Shown: in pieces, positions 38,810 to 52,684 of the stretch
Position numbering within the stretch: the first letter of the stretch is position 1
How the letters are laid out: each line of letters starts with the position of its first letter
From: Octopus bimaculoides
Taxonomy: Eukaryota
Assembly (NCBI RefSeq): GCF_001194135.2
Contig: NC_068999.1
Span: 48,990,032 to 49,054,031, forward strand
Length of the DNA stretch: 64,000 nucleotides
Direction of reading: 5' to 3'
Made by a program: the position numbers and the translations under genes
The notes under the pieces: generated by a model
Told to the model about the DNA's origin: nothing
The model's input: the letters and a program-made list of their open reading frames with translations, nothing else
Database searches by the model: none

Positions 38810-39499
38810 TAAAGTTAAATGACAATGCCTTAGATCTATAGGTGGATTTAACCACAGAGAATTAAGTATCATGGCCAACGCCAACACTCAACTATTACCA
38901 GAATGTGAACAATTGACCATATACAACTGGTTGCTAAATGCCTTAACAACTTGGCCACCTGCTCTCTCTCTCTCTGATTATCAAAGCAAGTACCAGTCAT
39001 ATACAGGGGCTGTTTTAATCAAGTAAAAACTCAACACCACTTCTCCTATCAAAGATTAGCCTTGTGACTAGTCAAAATTTATTATCCTTATCTTCCTCTT
39101 AGTACATTGCTTAGAAGCCTGGTACAAACAGATGCTACTGTACCGAGGCAGAAAGAGCACCAAGATGATAAATATTGTACAGTATGAAGAATATACTATT
39201 GATTTTCACTGGAAGAAAACAGCCAGACCAATTCTCGTGTATTTAAGATGGTCTTTAAGAACACCAATAACATGTTTTCTATCATCCTGCAGTTTAGGAA
39301 ATGGATTTAGGTTAGAAAACAAATGCTCCTTTATATTATGTGTGTGTGCAGTATGTATATGTGCTGTACATATGTGCATGCATGTGTGTGTTTGTGTGTG
39401 TTGTGTGTTTATGTATGTATGTTTTGTAGCTGTGAAAGCATGAAAGCACATATATATACATACACACAAGTACAAAAAAGATACAGAAAATATAAAATG

Positions 39500-40205
<706 letters not shown>

Positions 40206-41204
40206 ATAATTTGAGAGGTTTATTGATAATATAGAGAATAAAAATTTATGCTTGTACATATACATACACACACAGATGCATGCCATTAACACATTCATTC
40301 AGATAGAACCTACACTTACACATTCACACACACACACATAACATGAAGACATACATATGAATAGAAACTACACACACACAGTATAGAAAGACATACACAC
40401 AGATATAGTCTACATGTACACACACATACACACACAAATATGTAAAACAGCTGTTATAGTGATGTTCATATATAATCCATCAGCCTAACTAGGCTCACTT
40501 TCAAAGCTCCCTCATTTTGTTTTTTAGACTCCTACCATTTCCTTAATCTGTCTAAGTGGACGATACCCTATCTTCTCCCTGTCTTCACGGTCTAAACCCC
40601 CCACCCCCCCACNNNNNNNNNNNNNNNNNNNNNNNNNNNNNNNNNNNNNNNNNNNNNNNNNNNNNNNNNNNNNNNNNNNNNNNNNNNNNNNNNNNNNNNN
40701 NNNNNNNNNNNNNNNNNNNNNNNNCTATGCTATCTTTCCCTTCGACACCATTCCACTCTTCTACCCCTCACACACACACACACACCACATTCTCTCTCTC
40801 TCTCTCTCTTGTTCCCTCTGCATTCTCACAACTACCCCCACATGGCCCCTAGCTAGGCCCCCATAAGTATAAACAACAAAATAGATCTTCCCATGGGGGA
40901 AACCCAGAGTACATTGGTTACCCACCCTTCAAAAACTAATAAACAATGAGCACATAAAGACGAAGACAGACAGACAGACAGACAAACAGATCGACCAGCT
41001 TCCATTTTACACAACACTTGTCGAAGATGGTCAGAGTCGGTAGAAAGCTAAACTGGGGCTTCAAAAGCACCATCCCAGATTTCAAGTAGCAACCTGACTC
41101 TTCCAACTATCATGTCAACCCTTTTGATATATTTCTGATGAAACATATTGCCTGTGTTTCATTAATTTTTAAAATAATGCAGTCATTATCATGATTAAAA
41201 TCAT

Positions 41205-41375
41205 CATTTAATATCTGCCTTCCATACATGGGTTGGACAATTTGATAGGAGCTGGTCAAGCAGAAGACTGTACCAGACTTCTGTGTCTGTTTTAGCATGG
41301 TTTTTACAGCTGGATGCCCTTCCTAATACCAACCACCCCACAGAGTGAGCTGAGTGCCCCAGCGGTAATTACGTG
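41205..41375 (-). mobile_element. Family C copy
   Basis: catcatttaatatctgccttccatacatgggttggac...gctggatgcccttcctaataccaacc. Confidence 0.8.
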
Positions 41376-41506
41376 GCCCCAGCGATATTTAGTAAAATAA
41401 ATTCCTCATTATTAAGCTGATATCTGGAACAAATTAACATAAAATTTTAATGGAGGATTATTATTTAGATCACTTGAAAACAGTAAGTTTGTGTCAAACA
41501 AGTTTG

Positions 41507-41716
41507 TAGTCAAACAAATCAACCCCAGGACTTATACTTTGTAAGCCTAGTACTTATTCTATCGGTCTCTTTTTGCCGAACCGCTAAGTGACGGGGACAT
41601 AAACACACCGACATCAGTTGTCAAGCAATGGTGGGGGAACAAACACAGACACATACACATACATGAAACTGAAAGCATGTAGTTGGGAAGCAAGCTTCTC
41701 ACCACACAGGTACGCC
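41507..41716 (-). mobile_element. SINE family A with internal deletion
   Basis: Intact 3' half. Only the first ~50 bp of the head remains. Confidence 0.85.
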
Positions 41717-41834
41717 TACACCTACCAACTATTTCTAAGTATCTGCTTGGGGATTTGTATCACACTGATATCAGCTTATAACAGGATATACAGAATCTCC
41801 ACAGAATAAATAATTACAGATACAAAACCAATAT

Positions 41835-41990
41835 AAGGTCCTCAATGTGGTTGCTCAACCTGCCAGAAATATCAGTTAAAGCTCCCTCAAATCACACCCC
41901 TTTGTCTGAAGAAGAGAAAGAAGACATTAAACACATTACATAAGGGGTGGTCATGTTTGATCAGGATTAATCTGGGTCTAAACACCAACA
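41835..41990 (-). repeat. Family H repeat
   Basis: gtggttgctcaacctgccagaaatatcag...ctccctcaaatcacacccc. Confidence 0.6.
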
Positions 41991-42061
41991 AGTAGATAGA
42001 ATTAATCATGTGAAAGTTAGTTTTCTTGACCATTGATATAGTCAACACTGTAATGTGCTGG

Positions 42062-42133
42062 TTCATGGGTGGATATGAACTACAAACTTCTGGCTTTGCA
42101 GTCCAATACTCTACCCACTTAGCCAGCTGTGGT
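42062..42133 (-). pseudogene. Degenerate tRNA-like sequence (tRNA pseudogene or SINE head)
   Basis: Minus reads tggctaagtgggtagagtattggaCTGCAAAgccagaagtttgtagttcatatcc, with A-box-like, GCA-centred loop and B-box-like segments. Stems pair poorly. Confidence 0.4.
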
Positions 42134-42884
42134 AGACACTCAGTCAAAAGAAAAAAAAATGCCTCTTATCTAAACAAATAAACAAAACAGCAAACAAACA
42201 CCATGGCTACTACCACAGTCACTTTTTTAACCCTCAGCTTTCTCAGTACAAATGCCACCAAAGTTGACTTTGCCGTTCAGCGAAACCACAGATTTACAAA
42301 CAAAGGAAGGAGAAATGATAACACAGGACATTCTGTGCCATTACGAAGGACATTAGCAGCGGAAGTGAGTTGAACAGGACTCTAACCCACCTTCTTTTTT
42401 TTACATTTTCCACGTATATTAACAGCATTCAGAACTAGCCAACATCTCAGACCACCCACTCGGTAGTTTGAATCTGACAGAATTTTCATACATTCGAAAA
42501 CATAATCACCATATTGATACAACCTGACAATACTTCAGAAACNNNNNNNNNNNNNNNNNNNNNNNNNNNNNNNNNNNNNNNNNNNNNNNNNNNNNNNNNN
42601 NNNNNNNNNNNNNNNNNNNNNNNNNNNNNNNNNNNNNNNNNNNNNNNNNNNNNNNNNNNNNNNNNNNNNNNNNNNNNNNNNNNNNNNNNNNNNNNNNNNN
42701 NNNNNNNNNNNNNNNNNNNNNNNNNNNNNNNNNNNNNNNNNNNNNNNNNNNNNNNNNNNNNNNNNNNNNNNNNNNNNNNNNNNNNNNNNNNNNNNNNNNN
42801 NNNNNNNNNNNNNNNNNNNNNNNNNNNNNNNNNNNNNNNNNNNNNNNTATAAATAGAAATATATATATATATATATATATACAT

Positions 42885-42915
<31 letters not shown>

Positions 42916-43663
42916 GACTATACACTACAATTATATAATTCTATAAATGCCCTTAGCTTTTTGGCTGTCAGCCACGCAACACTTACACCTCACCACACCC
43001 GTTCCACTTCTCCGTTTGAAAGAAAAGTTTAGGAGGGCAGAGAGATGAAAAATGGTTAGTAATGGCACAGGAACCAGAGGAGGAACCCTGACAGCAAAGG
43101 AAATCCTGAGTGCAGTGTTTGAATAGGGGTCGAACAAATATAAGGGGTTTTAATTTAGAACACATATACACACGCATATGGGCAGGCCGACACACACACA
43201 CACACCCACACACTCACAAACATATACACGGAAATGCTGGCAAAGAATTGATTGCCAGATTGCAAGCAGGAAAGCTTGTAAGATGAAGAGATGTCAACAA
43301 CGTGGGTCAAAAAAATTATCAGAATGCATTAATGATGGGGAGGAAGGAGGGAAGAGAAAGCATGATGGTGGTGGTGGTGATGGTGATGGTGGTGGTGGTA
43401 GAGAATAATTATAGTGAAATGGATAGAGGGAGAAAGAAGCATATGAAAGAAAAGGTGAGTTGCACATTGTTTTGGAAAGAGTGTAGTGGGAGGAAAACAG
43501 GTGACAGAAAGAGATGGGTTAAGCAGACAAAAAAGAGAGACAGACAGACTGACAGACAGACAGACAGACAAAAGGTGGTTTATAGGTTACAAGAGACAGA
43601 GATAGAGTACCAGAGACAAACTGAAAGAGATTATATACTGTTTTAGAAAGGGTAAAGAAAAGC

Positions 43664-43707
<44 letters not shown>

Positions 43708-43927
43708 CAAAAAAGAACCAATTAGTTTTGGAAAGAGTAAGAGGGAAAAGGGAAATAAGTCAGGTGATAGGGAGGGGGTGAACATAAGAGAAATAAGGAG
43801 AGGATGTCAGTGAATTACTGACTTCAGGAGAGGCAAAGAAGTGAAAGATGAATGTTTAATAGGGAGCAAGAGAAAGAGAGAGACATTAATATATCATAGC
43901 TTGAGAGTGAGAGAGAAAGGGAGAAAA

Positions 43928-44335
43928 GGCGCAGGAGTGGCTGTGTGGTAAGTAGCTTGCTTACCAACCACATGGTTCTGGGTTCAGTTCACTGTATGAC
44001 ACTTTGGCCAAGTGTCTTCTACTACAGCTTTGTGCCAACCAAAGCTTTGTGAGTGGATTTGTTAGGCAGAAACTGAAAGAAGCCTGTCATATGTGTGTAT
44101 GTATGTGTGTGTCTTTGAGTCTGTGTTTGTCCCCCACTACTGCTTGACAACCAGTGTTGGTGAGTTTACATCCCTATAACTTAGCAGTTTGGTAAAAGAG
44201 ACTAATAAAATAAGTACCAAGCCTTTAAACAAAAATAAACCCTGGGGTTGATTCATTCGATTAAAAATTCTTCAAGACGATGCCCCAGCATGGCCACAGT
44301 CTAATGACTGAAACAAGCAAGAGATAAAAAAGATA
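43928..44335 (+). mobile_element. SINE family A, full length
   Basis: ggcgcaggagtggctgtgtggtaagtagcttgcttaccaaccacatgg...gactgaaacaag. Confidence 0.92.
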
Positions 44336-45014
44336 AACACACATATATAAAGAAAGACATTCTTGACCCACGTACACACACACAGACACAGAACTAATTA
44401 GACATCTACACTCCAATTACCACACCCCCTCTACCTAAATAACTTACCTATCTTGTCAAACTACCACCATCATCACCACCACCACCACTACTTCAGACAA
44501 CCCACTCACCAGCCAAACAGCACCGACTTCTCTCTTCACCTTTAATTAACCTAAACAAACAAAATAAGCCAAACATTCCACCAGATGAAGGAGAGTTACA
44601 AAACAGAAAGACCTTCCAATTCTGACAAAAATCTATTATAAGATTTACTATGAGGGAGGAAGAAGAGTGGGGCAGGGAGGAGTTAAAGCAATGAATAAAC
44701 ACATATGAAAAAGGAATAGAATTAAAAACAAGTTTTGGCACGACAATGTCAAAGCTGTTAACCCTATTCCTCTATGTACTCTTTCTCTCTCTCTCTCTTT
44801 CTCTGGATTTTCTACTCTCACTGATAAAGATACATTTTCATATATTATATATATATATAATATACCTGCTGACTCAGAAGACCACTACAGATCCCTAGTT
44901 GCAGCCTCAGCCATGAGCTTGGAACCTAACAGAAGATCAATTATAGCACTTACGCAAGATCATCAGTGAACTAAATCCCTCATATTTTTTATATAATATA
45001 TATATATATATATA

Positions 45015-45140
45015 TAGTTCAAATTTACAGAAAACAAAAGATGAATCAGGTGAGGGAACAACAAGCAGGTGTATTAATTTGATACTCAGGAAGAATGGAA
45101 AAGCTTTCGACATTTTGAGCCGATGCTCTTTAGCAGAAAG
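45015..45140 (-). repeat. Family K repeat with decayed hammerhead-like motif
   Basis: Shares 48 bp with 3749-3797. Contains a gagc-cgat-gctc hairpin at 45117-45128. Confidence 0.6.
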
Positions 45141-45242
45141 GGTTGAGAAGAAGAAAATGGAGAGAGAATGAAAAAAAAAACAGGGAGAGAAAAAAATGTG
45201 CAGGGATTAATGGTTCAACATAAGTATATACATAAAGGAATA

Positions 45243-45535
45243 GTGGGCTAACAATCATGAGGTAGTGAGTTTAATTCCCAGACCTGGCTGTGTGGTGTGT
45301 TCTTGAGCAAGACACTTTATTTCGCATTGTTACAATTCACTCGGCTGTAGAAATGAGTTGCAACATCATTAGTGCCAAACTGTACCAGCCTTTGCCCTTG
45401 GATAATATCATAGAGAGGGGAGGCCGGTATGCATGGGCAACTGCTGGTCCTCCATAAGTAACCTTGTGCCACAGAGGGGAACTTTCTAGCTGCAATTGCA
45501 TGGTCATTCATGACTGAAAGAGGTTTTTACCCTTC
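45243..45535 (+). mobile_element. SINE-like element with a D-type head and a different body
   Basis: gagtttaattcccagacc...gtgttcttgagcaagacactttatttcgcattg. The downstream body differs from 3253 and 18105. Confidence 0.55.
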
Positions 45536-45564
45536 ATATATATATATATACATGAAGTAACATG

Positions 45565-45736
45565 TAAAAAGTACCCAGCACATTTCTGTAAAGTGGTTGG
45601 TGCTAAGAAGGGCATCCAGCCATAGAAACCAAGGCCATTTCAGACTGTAACCTGGTGCAACTCTCCTCCTTGCCAGCTCTGGTCAAACCGTCCAACACAT
45701 GCCAGCATGGAAAACAAACGTTAAACAACGATAATG
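45565..45736 (+). mobile_element. Family C copy
   Basis: gtggttggtgctaagaagggcatccagccatagaaacc...gtccaacacatgccagcatggaaaacaaacgttaaacaacgat. Confidence 0.8.
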
Positions 45737-46258
45737 AAAGGAGTAGTATAGAATACGGATTCAGAAAATCATGCAGCCATCATTGAAATTAATACCTACA
45801 TGAATAAGGTTATGAAACAGTGGTAATTGTATGGAAGTTATATGGATAAGTAAATCTGTCTTCACCTCTCACACCCACTGACTTTAGGATAGATATATAG
45901 GTGTGTCTGTGTCTATCCATCCTTTTACATTCTTCCTACTATACATTCCCATATATTTCTGTTTATCCATATTTTAAATGATGCTTTCATGAATTTCATC
46001 TAATCCATCCATACTTTCATGAATTTCGTCCAAGCTTTTGTATGTCTCTCTACACTTTTACTCATGTATGCCATGTATCTCATTGATGTAACAATCTCGT
46101 ACTTTCTGTATGCGTCTATGTATTTATACTGCCATACAAAATCATATGCATCTGTCTATGCACTTATACATATGTGTGTGGGTGTATCAATTTATTTATT
46201 TCCATGCTTATATGTTATTCATCTGTACCAATACCTCCACAGAGATTTTCATAATATT

Positions 46259-46295
<37 letters not shown>

Positions 46296-46393
46296 TCATA
46301 ATTATATATATTTTCTAATAGAATTCCACTTATACATAAGTATTTATACTTTCACTGATACTTATATATATATATATATACACNNNNNNNNNN

Positions 46394-46430
<37 letters not shown>

Positions 46431-46743
46431 TCACAGACATATATATACACATACACACATCTTTTCAATAGTTAAATTAGTGCTAACAAACTTAATGCAG
46501 TGAGCATCAAATATCTAATTAGAAATAATTTTTTTATGCTCAATATGTTATGCTAACACTAACTTAACTACTGTTTTTCATGCAAATGGCGCCTTCAAGT
46601 AATTAACTTTGGTGATTTGCTATGCATGTGTATGTATGCTTATCTAACTGACTGTTTATTCTTCAATTTAGACTTCTATTTATTTACCTATTCTTCAATT
46701 TATCTTATCTTATTCTAGATCTTCAATCTACATTGAAATCACT

Positions 46744-46796
<53 letters not shown>

Positions 46797-48049
46797 NNNN
46801 NNNNNNNNNNNNNNNNNNNNNNNNNNNNNNNNNNNNNNNNNNNNNNNNNNNNNNNNNNNNNNNNNNNNNNNNNNNNNNNNNNNNNNNNNNNNNNNNNNNN
46901 NNNNNNNNNNNNNNNNNNNNNNNNNNNNNNNNNNNNNNNNNNNNNNNNNNNNNNNNNNNNNNNNNNNNNNNNNNNNNNNNNNNNNNNNNNNNNNNNNNNN
47001 NNNNNNNNNNNNNNNNNNNNNNNNNNNNNNNNNNNNNNNNNNNNNNNNNNNNNNNNNNNNNNNNNNNNNNNNNNNNNNNNNNNNNNNNNNNNNNNNNNNN
47101 NNNNNNNNNNNNNNNNNNNNNNNNNNNNNNNNNNNNNNNNNNNNNNNNNNNNNNNNNNNNNNNNNNNNNNNNNNNNNNNNNNNNNNNNNNNNNNNNNNNN
47201 NNNNNNNNNNNNNNNNNNNNNNNNNNNNNNNNNNNNNNNNNNNNNNNNNNNNNNNNNNNNNNNNNNNNNNNNNNNNNNNNNNNNNNNNNNNNNNNNNNNN
47301 NNNNNNNNNNNNNNNNNNNNNNNNNNNNNNNNNNNNNNNNNNNNNNNNNNNNNNNNNNNNNNNNNNNNNNNNNNNNNNNNNNNNNNNNNNNNNNNNNNNN
47401 NNNNNNNNNNNNNNNNNNNNNNNNNNNNNNNNNNNNNNNNNNNNNNNNNNNNNNNNNNNNNNNNNNNNNNNNNNNNATATATGGATATAGATATTATTAA
47501 ACAATTGGTGATTACAACATACATTACTGACAAAGATGTGATTTTCTCCATTCTTATTCTTGTTGCCATATACTCTAAATTTTTTGAAATTCTACAAAGT
47601 GGTTTTTGGATTTACTTGTCATACATGAAGAATTACCTTGGATGTTTTATACCACTTGCATTTATTGGTATCTGATTGTTGGATATAGTTAACCAAATTC
47701 ATTTAACACCGAGTACTTTATAGCTGTCTGCCTATATTTATTAATCCCTTCTACTTATTATATATATATATATATATGACAGAAAGACAAAATGGAATAA
47801 GCAGAACAAGAAGAGATGCATGGAATAAAGAGTCACTGAAGAGGTCACAGGATGTGTAACAAAAGAGCTCTGACAAAGAAACTAAAATGATAATAATAAA
47901 GCCGAAGTGAAGACCAAATATATACTGTGGGTGTTTAATTGGCAAAATATGATCATCCCCATATATATAACAATATATAAATATACATATGCATATATGC
48001 ATATTTGTCTATCTATCTATACAAGCAAAGAGACACACACATACACACA

Positions 48050-48193
48050 ATGGGCTTCAACACATTTTCTGCCTACCAAGTTCACTCACAAGTCATTGGT
48101 CAGTCAGTGGCTATAGTAGAAAACAAATGACCAAGGCGACATGCAGTGGGACTGAACTTGAAACTACGCGATTGCATAGCAGCCATGCCTGCA
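48050..48193 (-). mobile_element. SINE family A 5' half
   Basis: ttcactcacaag...ggctatagtagaa...gcagtgggactgaac. Confidence 0.75.
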
Positions 48194-48586
48194 CTGTATC
48201 CATTAAAAAAAAAAAAATTAAATTAACTAAAAATAAAGAAGACTGGATAATCCCAGCTGACATATCAAAAGCCTTTGAATATAAATTTGCTCAATCAGAG
48301 AGAGCTGACCTGCAGCAAAACAACAACAATACATTTGTTTTGTATATAATACACACAACATAAAAGACATGCGCACACTTGCATACATACACGCCTTTAT
48401 ATAGACAGAAACAATACATAGGATAGGGTCTAATAATTTTTGGGGGGGGGTTTTTTTTCCTTTTTATATTTCATTTACTTATTTTCCAGGGACAATTCTC
48501 ACTTTGTGAGTAACACACCTTGAACTAAATAAACCTTCCGATCAAAAGATAATATATATATATATACACACACGCACACATATATA

Positions 48587-48622
<36 letters not shown>

Positions 48623-48660
48623 TAATATGCATGAAATAAAAGGCATGCACAAACAGAAAC

Positions 48661-48784
48661 CAACATTTCTATTAATGACTCGGATGACTCAAAGGTTTCT
48701 ATGACTGTTACAATGGGGGAAAGTGTACGTGGTGCTGAAGAGGGACCTGGGATATGGAAGGGGTCGGAAATAGTAGGGGTAGTA
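48661..48784 (-). CDS. Candidate exon only; S/T/P-rich peptide, product unknown
   Basis: Acceptor cattttattttag, in a GC-richer island. Frame TTPTISDPFHIPGPSSAPRTLSPIVTVIETFESSESLIEML. The donor TTG|gtttct is weak. Confidence 0.25.
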
Positions 48785-49444
48785 CTAAAATAAAATGACT
48801 TCATGTTTTCAGAAAGACTTGTTTATCTCATCTCAGGAGGAAAAAGCCTTTCCTTTGTACAAAATTATGATTAACCCAAAAAAATCTCCCTATTTTTTTC
48901 GTGAATTTTTATGTAATTTATTTAATTTATTTTTTTTTCTTTTCTTTTTCTTTACACTTATTTTTTGTATTTTTTCCTTTTAAGAATATAATACAATGAG
49001 TTTACAAGGATGAACTGTAAATGTTTTTTTTCATTTATTTTTATTTTTAAAAGACTTCATATGAAAACAATCATTTTGATAAAAAAAATTATAGTTGCCA
49101 TTGTCAACATCATCATCATCACCATCATAATCATCCTAAGCATTGTCATCATCATCATCATTGTCATTGTCATCATCTTCATTGTTAGTAGTCATTTTAC
49201 ACACATCAATCAGTCTCATCAAAATTCTTTCTGAGAGTGCTCAACTCAACCTTCGATAATTATATTAAATTATTCATTTATTCTCAATTCATTTTGCAGA
49301 GGTAAACGTTCTGGACCATTATATTATAGCACTATGTGTGTTCAAATCTACAGAAAGCATTTCATTGTGACTCTACATAATGCACCTACCCCCACCCCAT
49401 CCCACCAACAGACACATAGGTTCATAGAAACACTACCTTTGAAG

Positions 49445-49680
49445 TTCATCATCATCATCATTTAACAATTTAACATCCACTTTTCCATGCTTGGAATTTA
49501 AGGCAGATTTTTTTTTTCACGGCCGGATGCTCTTCCTGTCACCAACTCTCACCTGTTTCCAAAGCAAAGTAATACTTTCCCGTTGCTAGATATTTTCCAT
49601 AGAAGACAGGAAATGAACAACCATGCTTGCATCATGTTGATGAGGCTCATTTGCAACTGTCATGTGATACCTAAACAAGC
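49445..49680 (-). mobile_element. Family C' variant
   Basis: (CAT)n...ggccggatgctcttcctgtcaccaactctcacctgtttccaaagcaaagtaatac. Confidence 0.7.
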
Positions 49681-49715
49681 ACACACACAAATACTGACAC
49701 ACATACATAAATACT

Positions 49716-49764
<49 letters not shown>

Positions 49765-49904
49765 AAGTAGTAGGAAAATGGAATTGGTAAAGTGCTAGAT
49801 TAAATGTCTTACAAGATTTAGTTCCATCTTCTTACGTAGTTCCTAGTTGAAACCTTATTAGAATCAACCCTTTCAATAAAATAATGGATTTAATATAAAT
49901 AAGT

Positions 49905-50276
49905 ACAGACACCAAAATGGTTGTGTGCTCACAAAGTCTGCTCCCCAACCACATGGTTCCGGGTTTGGTTGCAGAGTGTGGTTGTTTGATAAGTGTCTTC
50001 TACTATAGGCTTGTGCCGACCAAAGCCTTGTGAGTGGATTTGGTAGACAGAAACTGTGTAGAAGCCTGTCGTGCATGCACGTGTGTCTCTCTCTCTGTGT
50101 TTGCCCCCTTCACTGCTTGACAACTGTTGTTGGTTTGTCTATGTCCTTGTAACTTAGCAGTTCAACAAAAGTGACTGATAGAATAAGAACCAGACTTTAA
50201 AAATCTAGTATTATGGTTGATTTTTTTTGACTAGCATAGACACAGTCCAATGATTGAAACAAGTAAAAGATAAAAG
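49905..50276 (+). mobile_element. SINE family A, degenerate full length
   Basis: aagccttgtgagtggatttggtagacagaaactg...cttgacaactg...gattgaaacaagtaaaagataaaag. Confidence 0.85.
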
Positions 50277-50896
50277 CTCTATTTATATTTATTGCTTTTG
50301 TTTTTGTTTTTTTTACATTTCTTTCTCTATTTCACTTGCAAACAATGCATGGTGCATTACAAACATTTTATAAAATGCAATAAAATAAAACAGAAATAAA
50401 TGCTTTTAAAGTACATCTAGGTTTAGTGTTTGGAAAGGACAGAATTGTAATTTTTTTCCTCTCTTCATTTTTCTCTCATGATTTAAATTCAAGAAATAAG
50501 AGAGAATTTTATTTTCTGTTTTGTTTTTTCTTTAAATTTTAATTGTAAAAACAAAACAAAAACACATCATGACAATCTCAGTTTTGTGATTTTTTTTTTA
50601 AACAACAAACTAAATTATGCATCATCATCATCATAAGATGTAAAGTGTATTTTTTTTTTGTTTCTTGTTTCCATATTTTTGTAAATTTTGCCAGACATGC
50701 ACAACAACAATCTCTTACATTGACAGAAGGTTACAAATGCATTGGGAAAGAAAATCAATGGACTTCCACTTTATCAAGAGTGGGGGGGTCTGTTTCTTTG
50801 GTGAGATGAAAGGTTAAAAATAAAAATTTTTTAAAAAAACCATCTTTTTAAATCAACCATCGCAGGATTTGCACTCAAAATGTGAAAAGAGTGACT

Positions 50897-51043
50897 AGGC
50901 ATAAAGCAGTGAGGTTAAGAATCTCACTTTGTAACCTCGTGATTTTAGGTTCAGTCCTGCTGTGCAGTCTTCTGCTATAGCCCCAAGATGACAAATACCT
51001 TGTGAGTGAATTTGGTAGAGGGAAATTGTAAACAAGCCTATCA
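50897..51043 (+). mobile_element. SINE family A 5' half
   Basis: ggttcagtcctgctgtg...cttctgctatagcc...ccttgtgagtgaatttggtag. Confidence 0.75.
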
Positions 51044-51062
51044 TCTGTGTGTCTGTGTGCAC

Positions 51063-51225
51063 TATAGGTACAAGGCCTGAAATTTTCAGCAGAAGTGTAT
51101 TAGTTGATTACATCAACCCCAGTGCTCAACTGGTACTTAATTCATCTACCCCAAAAGTCAATCCTGGTAGGATTTCAACTCAAAACATAAAGATGGCACA
51201 CTAACAATTCTACCAGCTCTCTGCC
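51063..51225 (-). mobile_element. Family B SINE with internal deletion
   Basis: Head ggcagagagctggtagaattgttag and tail aaaatttcaggccttgtacctatag (minus strand). Confidence 0.7.
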
Positions 51226-51226
51226 T

Positions 51227-51230
<4 letters not shown>

Positions 51231-51266
<36 letters not shown>

Positions 51267-51623
51267 TAATTCATTCTTTTATTAGCCACAAGGGCTCACA
51301 TAAAATAACATTAAAGGACATAAAAGACAAAAACAGGATGATGCAATGGGTTTTCCGTGTGTAAACAATATAAATAACAATTAAAATTGAACAGATTAAA
51401 ACTCCCAATAGGGAAGATGCTTTAAGGTCCTCGTGGAAAAACCCACAAAAGCCATGGGTGCCTGATCAAGAGCCCTTCTTTTATTTCTCACAGGTGTATG
51501 CTCAGAAGTGGTCCTTTTACACTGGCCATTCTTCCAACATTCACCCACCTTTCAACAAACTTACTAGAAGGCAACATTTCCCTCTTCACCTTCATCTTCC
51601 TTGAAAAGGCTGATGAGGGCCTA
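51231..51623 (-). mobile_element. 5'-truncated LINE 3' end, probably Tx1/L1 clade
   Basis: ORF end ...AFSRKMKVKREMLPSSKFVERWVNVGRMASVKGPLLSIHL* (stop 51488), ~210-nt 3' UTR, AATAAA at 51278-83 and an (ATT)n tail. Clade call rests on recalled similarity of the F.ERW end to Tx1 ORF2. Confidence 0.55.
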
Positions 51624-51655
<32 letters not shown>

Positions 51656-51657
<2 letters not shown>

Positions 51658-51854
51658 GTTTCAAATTTTGCCACAAGGGCAGCACTTTTGGGGATGGAGA
51701 TAAGTCGATTACATCAACCCCAGTGTATTACTGGTGCTTAATTCATCAGCCCTGAAAGGATAAAAAGTGAAGTTGACCTCAGTGGAATTTGTAGCAACGG
51801 GCAAAATACCGCTAAGCATTTCATCCAGCGTGCTAACAATTCTGTCAGCTCGCC
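51656..51854 (-). mobile_element. Family B SINE flanked by (ATT)n on both sides
   Basis: Head ggcgagctgacagaattgttagcacgctgg, tail gcccttgtggcaaaatttgaaacc then (ATT)n. Confidence 0.85.
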
Positions 51855-51888
<34 letters not shown>

Positions 51889-52684
51889 AGAATGATTCTT
51901 AAATGCTGTAGCTCTATCTTGCATTTGTTTATTACACCACATTTCAACCAAATGCTTAAGTGTAATGTTAATGGTGATAAGTAGACACAAGATAGATTCT
52001 ACATGAGGATTTGCTGCCACTCTATTATAGATAAGACTTTTAGATGATCTGATACATACCAACACCTAGGTGAACTGAGACATGCGGAATTAAGTGTACT
52101 GTTGAAACACAAAGCAAAAATGCCTGCAGTAGATTTAAACTTAATATCTACATGGTGGCATACCAATATTGAATTTATCCACTCAAGTATTCTACTTCTG
52201 CACAATTAATAACATACGTGTGTGCTCATGTGCGCCTGTGTGCGTGCATGTGTGTCATACGAGGATAAACAAGAAAGAGAATTCTCAATAACTCCAAAAG
52301 TGTATTTATTAACATGCCGAGGTACAAAATTTCTTGGCTTCATTGCCCAGGTTTCATGCCACCTGAAGGCAATCATCAGAAAACTGTTTACACTTTTGAA
52401 TAGTTAATGAAAGAGAGAGGTGGGTGAGAGGTGAGAGAGAGAGAGAGACCTATATCCATAATACACATGTTCATAATAAATATAAACAGATAAAGATGTG
52501 TGGCAGAGAGAGACAGACAGAGACAGAGTGAGAGAGAGAGATTTCTACAGTCTTCTCTTTCCAGAAATATGGATGGGCATGAATATATGCAAACTTACAA
52601 TCATGTACACACACATGAACATTTCCAAATGCAAACATGAATAATTTAAACATCAACACAGATGCATAACTTCACAGAATTATA

